A stretch of DNA of 64,000 nucleotides from Ostrea edulis (lineage: Eukaryota). The stretch is taken from NCBI RefSeq assembly GCF_947568905.1, contig NC_079164.1:52948001-53012000 (forward strand). Reading direction: 5' to 3'. Of this stretch, positions 61,437 to 64,000 are shown piece after piece. The notes under the pieces are model-generated. The model was not told where the DNA came from and did no database searches. It worked only from the letters and a program-made list of their open reading frames with translations. The translations under genes were made by a program, and so were the position numbers. The stretch's first letter is position 1; each line of letters opens with the position of its first letter.

Positions 61437-62722
61437 CGAGAGCGAGTCAATAAGTAACCAGCCTAACTTATTTTAAGAATTCAAGAAGTCACTGAAAACA
61501 CATTTTTTCCATCAAGTTTTCCAGGACTAGTTTCTATCATTTCAGTCATTCGTGTAGGTTAGATTCTGTGAAAAACTGTGAAAACTAAAGACTGTGTCTT
61601 AGCTTTCGAGTACCATTTTGTGATGTTTTATATAAAAAAAAAAATAATAAAAAAGTAAAAAAAAAAAAAGAAAAAGAAAAGGGAATTGTATGTTTTAATG
61701 TATTATACCTGAGACATTATATGGTGTGTGTGCGTGTGTGTATTTCATTATTATTTTAATACGCCCTGAAACTGATGTTTATTCTTATCTAGCATATTTA
61801 TGGTATCTTGTGTTTTCATGTTTTATATGTACAATGAGGATAGGTACGGCTTTTAATGTTTTATTTATTTTCTATGTATTATGTGTATAACATTCTCCTG
61901 TAAGGTATATATGCATTGTAAAACACCTTTGAGCGTACATAGTGTATGAAAAGGGTGCTATATAAATATGGTATTATTATTTATTATTATTTCCGGTTGA
62001 GATCCACGTCGTTTTTTTCGATGTAATTGTCCTCTAGTGTTTTTCACGGATGACGGTTCTCCGCTGGTCTAGCAAGTTTGCATAGTACACTCCAGTTATT
62101 GTACTTCTCTTGGGTAAAAAGTCCAACATAATAACGCCTTTTGCGTCCCAAAATACTGTGACCATCATCTTGCCAGCAGATGGTTGCATCTTGAACTTCT
62201 TTGGCCTCGGGGACCCAGGCCCTACACACTGACGACTCTGAGCTTTATTCTATGGCTCATAATAATGAACCTTAGTCTCATCTACAGTCACCAGACGCAA
62301 GAGAAAATCATCTTTTGACCTAAAACGCTTCAACAAGGCAATGCATACTGATGCTCTGATTGCCATTTGCTCATCGCTGATGGCATCCAGTGGGCGTCCA
62401 GGCCTTGCTTCATGTTTTAAAGACGTTCTACCGCGTTTGAATTCCCCTACCCAGAATTTAACAGAAAACCCATAAACATCGGCTAACTTGCCGTGTATTT
62501 CCTTGCCAGTTTTACCTTTTAAGTACAAGTACCGAATTATAGCACGGTACTAAACCATGCCTTTGCATCACTAGCCATGTTTCACATTCAATATCTTATT
62601 AAAGAATGACTCGATACGCGTACAATTTTGTACCCAGGTACACAACATATATTGAAACAAGGCATGAAAATCGTGACCGTCTTGGTCAATCGGAAATGGG
62701 ATAGGCTGGTTACTTATTGACT
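61437..62722 (-). mobile_element. Mariner transposon relic
   Basis: TA then TIR cgagagcgagtcaataagtaaccagccta at 61435-65; reverse complement at 62702-22 runs into the gap; peptides FKRGRTSL..RPGRP, VTVDET, AGKMMVTVFWD. Confidence 0.85.
61640..61992 (+). mobile_element. Probable LINE 3' tail inserted in the mariner relic
   Basis: Ends ctttgagc..gtgctatataaat..tattattatttattattat, resembling L2-type 3' ends. Confidence 0.45.
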
Positions 62723-62851
62723 NNNNNNNNNNNNNNNNNNNNNNNNNNNNNNNNNNNNNNNNNNNNNNNNNNNNNNNNNNNNNNNNNNNNNNNNNNNNNN
62801 NNNNNNNNNNNNNNNNNNNNNNNNNNNNNNNNNNNNNNNNNNNNNNNNNNN
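62723..62851. other. Assembly gap (N run)
   Basis: 129 N. Confidence 1.
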
Positions 62852-64000
62852 CTATAAAGCCATATTAGTTGTTCCATTTTGACACATCTATTGTACGGAA
62901 GAAAAACTTTTGCACTATTTACACTTTAGATTTTCATTATGCTTAACTCTCTAATGGACTATCACATAGCAACGACATCAATATAGACAAAGGTCAAATC
63001 TATACCCGTCTTCTAATAAACCTACACACATGATAATGGGGGGGAAGAAGGGTAACAGCAACAGGCCCCAGAATGTCACTGACAGCAGTCCACAATGACG
63101 CTATACAATTACTGGTGCAGATAATGGTTCCCAGTTTTAATCAGGATGTAATGAAATATATCCCTGCGGAATCGTATCAACAAATTACACATTTTTTCTT
63201 CAATGTTTGGATGGATTTCTAGTCAAAAGCGACCAGTGGATATTATTTTGTTTGCTTAGGACAATAAAAATAAAAACCTATTGTAGATTACACTTTATAT
63301 TGATCATGGCATGTATCATCAAAGTATAATACGACGGAGTCGATAAATAAGCCATAGCATCGCAATTGCAAAATTCAATTATTTCAAATCAGTCCGTCAT
63401 ATCACAAAAATAAAGTGGACATAAATTTAACTTCAAGAAAACAGAAGAAGAAAATAGTTGGCGTCAAATAGCATAAAAAAGGACCGGAACTTGTGATTTA
63501 TCATGCTACATAATGCTGGAGTTGTTAGATTCAAATATCAGATAAGAGCAGTCACTCTGATACCGACAGCAAATGATAGTCAAGCCCATGCTAGTATGCA
63601 TGTAAATGGCTGGAAAAGTGCAGGACTTTGTTTTTATCCCCGTGCACATTGCTGTGGAAGAAGATAGTTCTAGTTTGGTAAATATTTCATTCATTACAGA
63701 AAATGACAAACCTGTAAAAACGTCGCTATATAGATGCACAGCACTTACAAACTTATCACAGGTGATTAGAATAGCAAGATAGGTTAATCAAAACGTTTAC
63801 GTAGGAATATATGTACACTGTATAAACGTATGTAAAACATCTAAAAGTTTTTGGTTTTAGGGCAGGGTATAGTGGTGGCTATGAGGTCGGTAGTCGTAGG
63901 CTGTGCCGGAAAAACAATAACATTGTTAGTCAGCCGCTCAGTGTACAGCTGCCGAAAGAAGGTGCTAATTATTAGATGGAGTCTATTTTGTCTTTGCGAC

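Overview
AT-rich animal genomic DNA, most likely an oyster-type bivalve (inferred from the repeat families; no database used). All alignments were done by eye. One host gene is present: a + strand synaptobrevin/VAMP (R-SNARE), ATG at 6081, 3' UTR ending near 32.3-32.7 kb, which the ORF track misses because its exons are short. It has a skippable N-terminal exon, two 52-nt transmembrane exons that look mutually exclusive, and four candidate terminal exons. The rest is mostly mobile DNA: a Mutator-like transposon abutting the promoter; many non-autonomous Helentron-type (HINE/pearl-like) elements with internal satellite arrays, one carrying 11 regularly spaced AGGTCA-nnn-TGACCT palindromes; TIR MITEs; tRNA-derived SINEs; RTE, L2 and CR1-like LINE fragments; Penelope-like (Naiad-type) RT fragments; and a mariner relic. 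A decayed Gypsy element (about 36.7-49.6 kb) holds six nested insertions, including an intact Mag/Steamer-like LTR retrotransposon with identical 131-bp LTRs. At 58481-58899 a 355-nt-period repeat contains a complete minimal hammerhead ribozyme (retrozyme architecture), with a decayed second copy near 51.8 kb. There is an assembly gap at 62723-62851.
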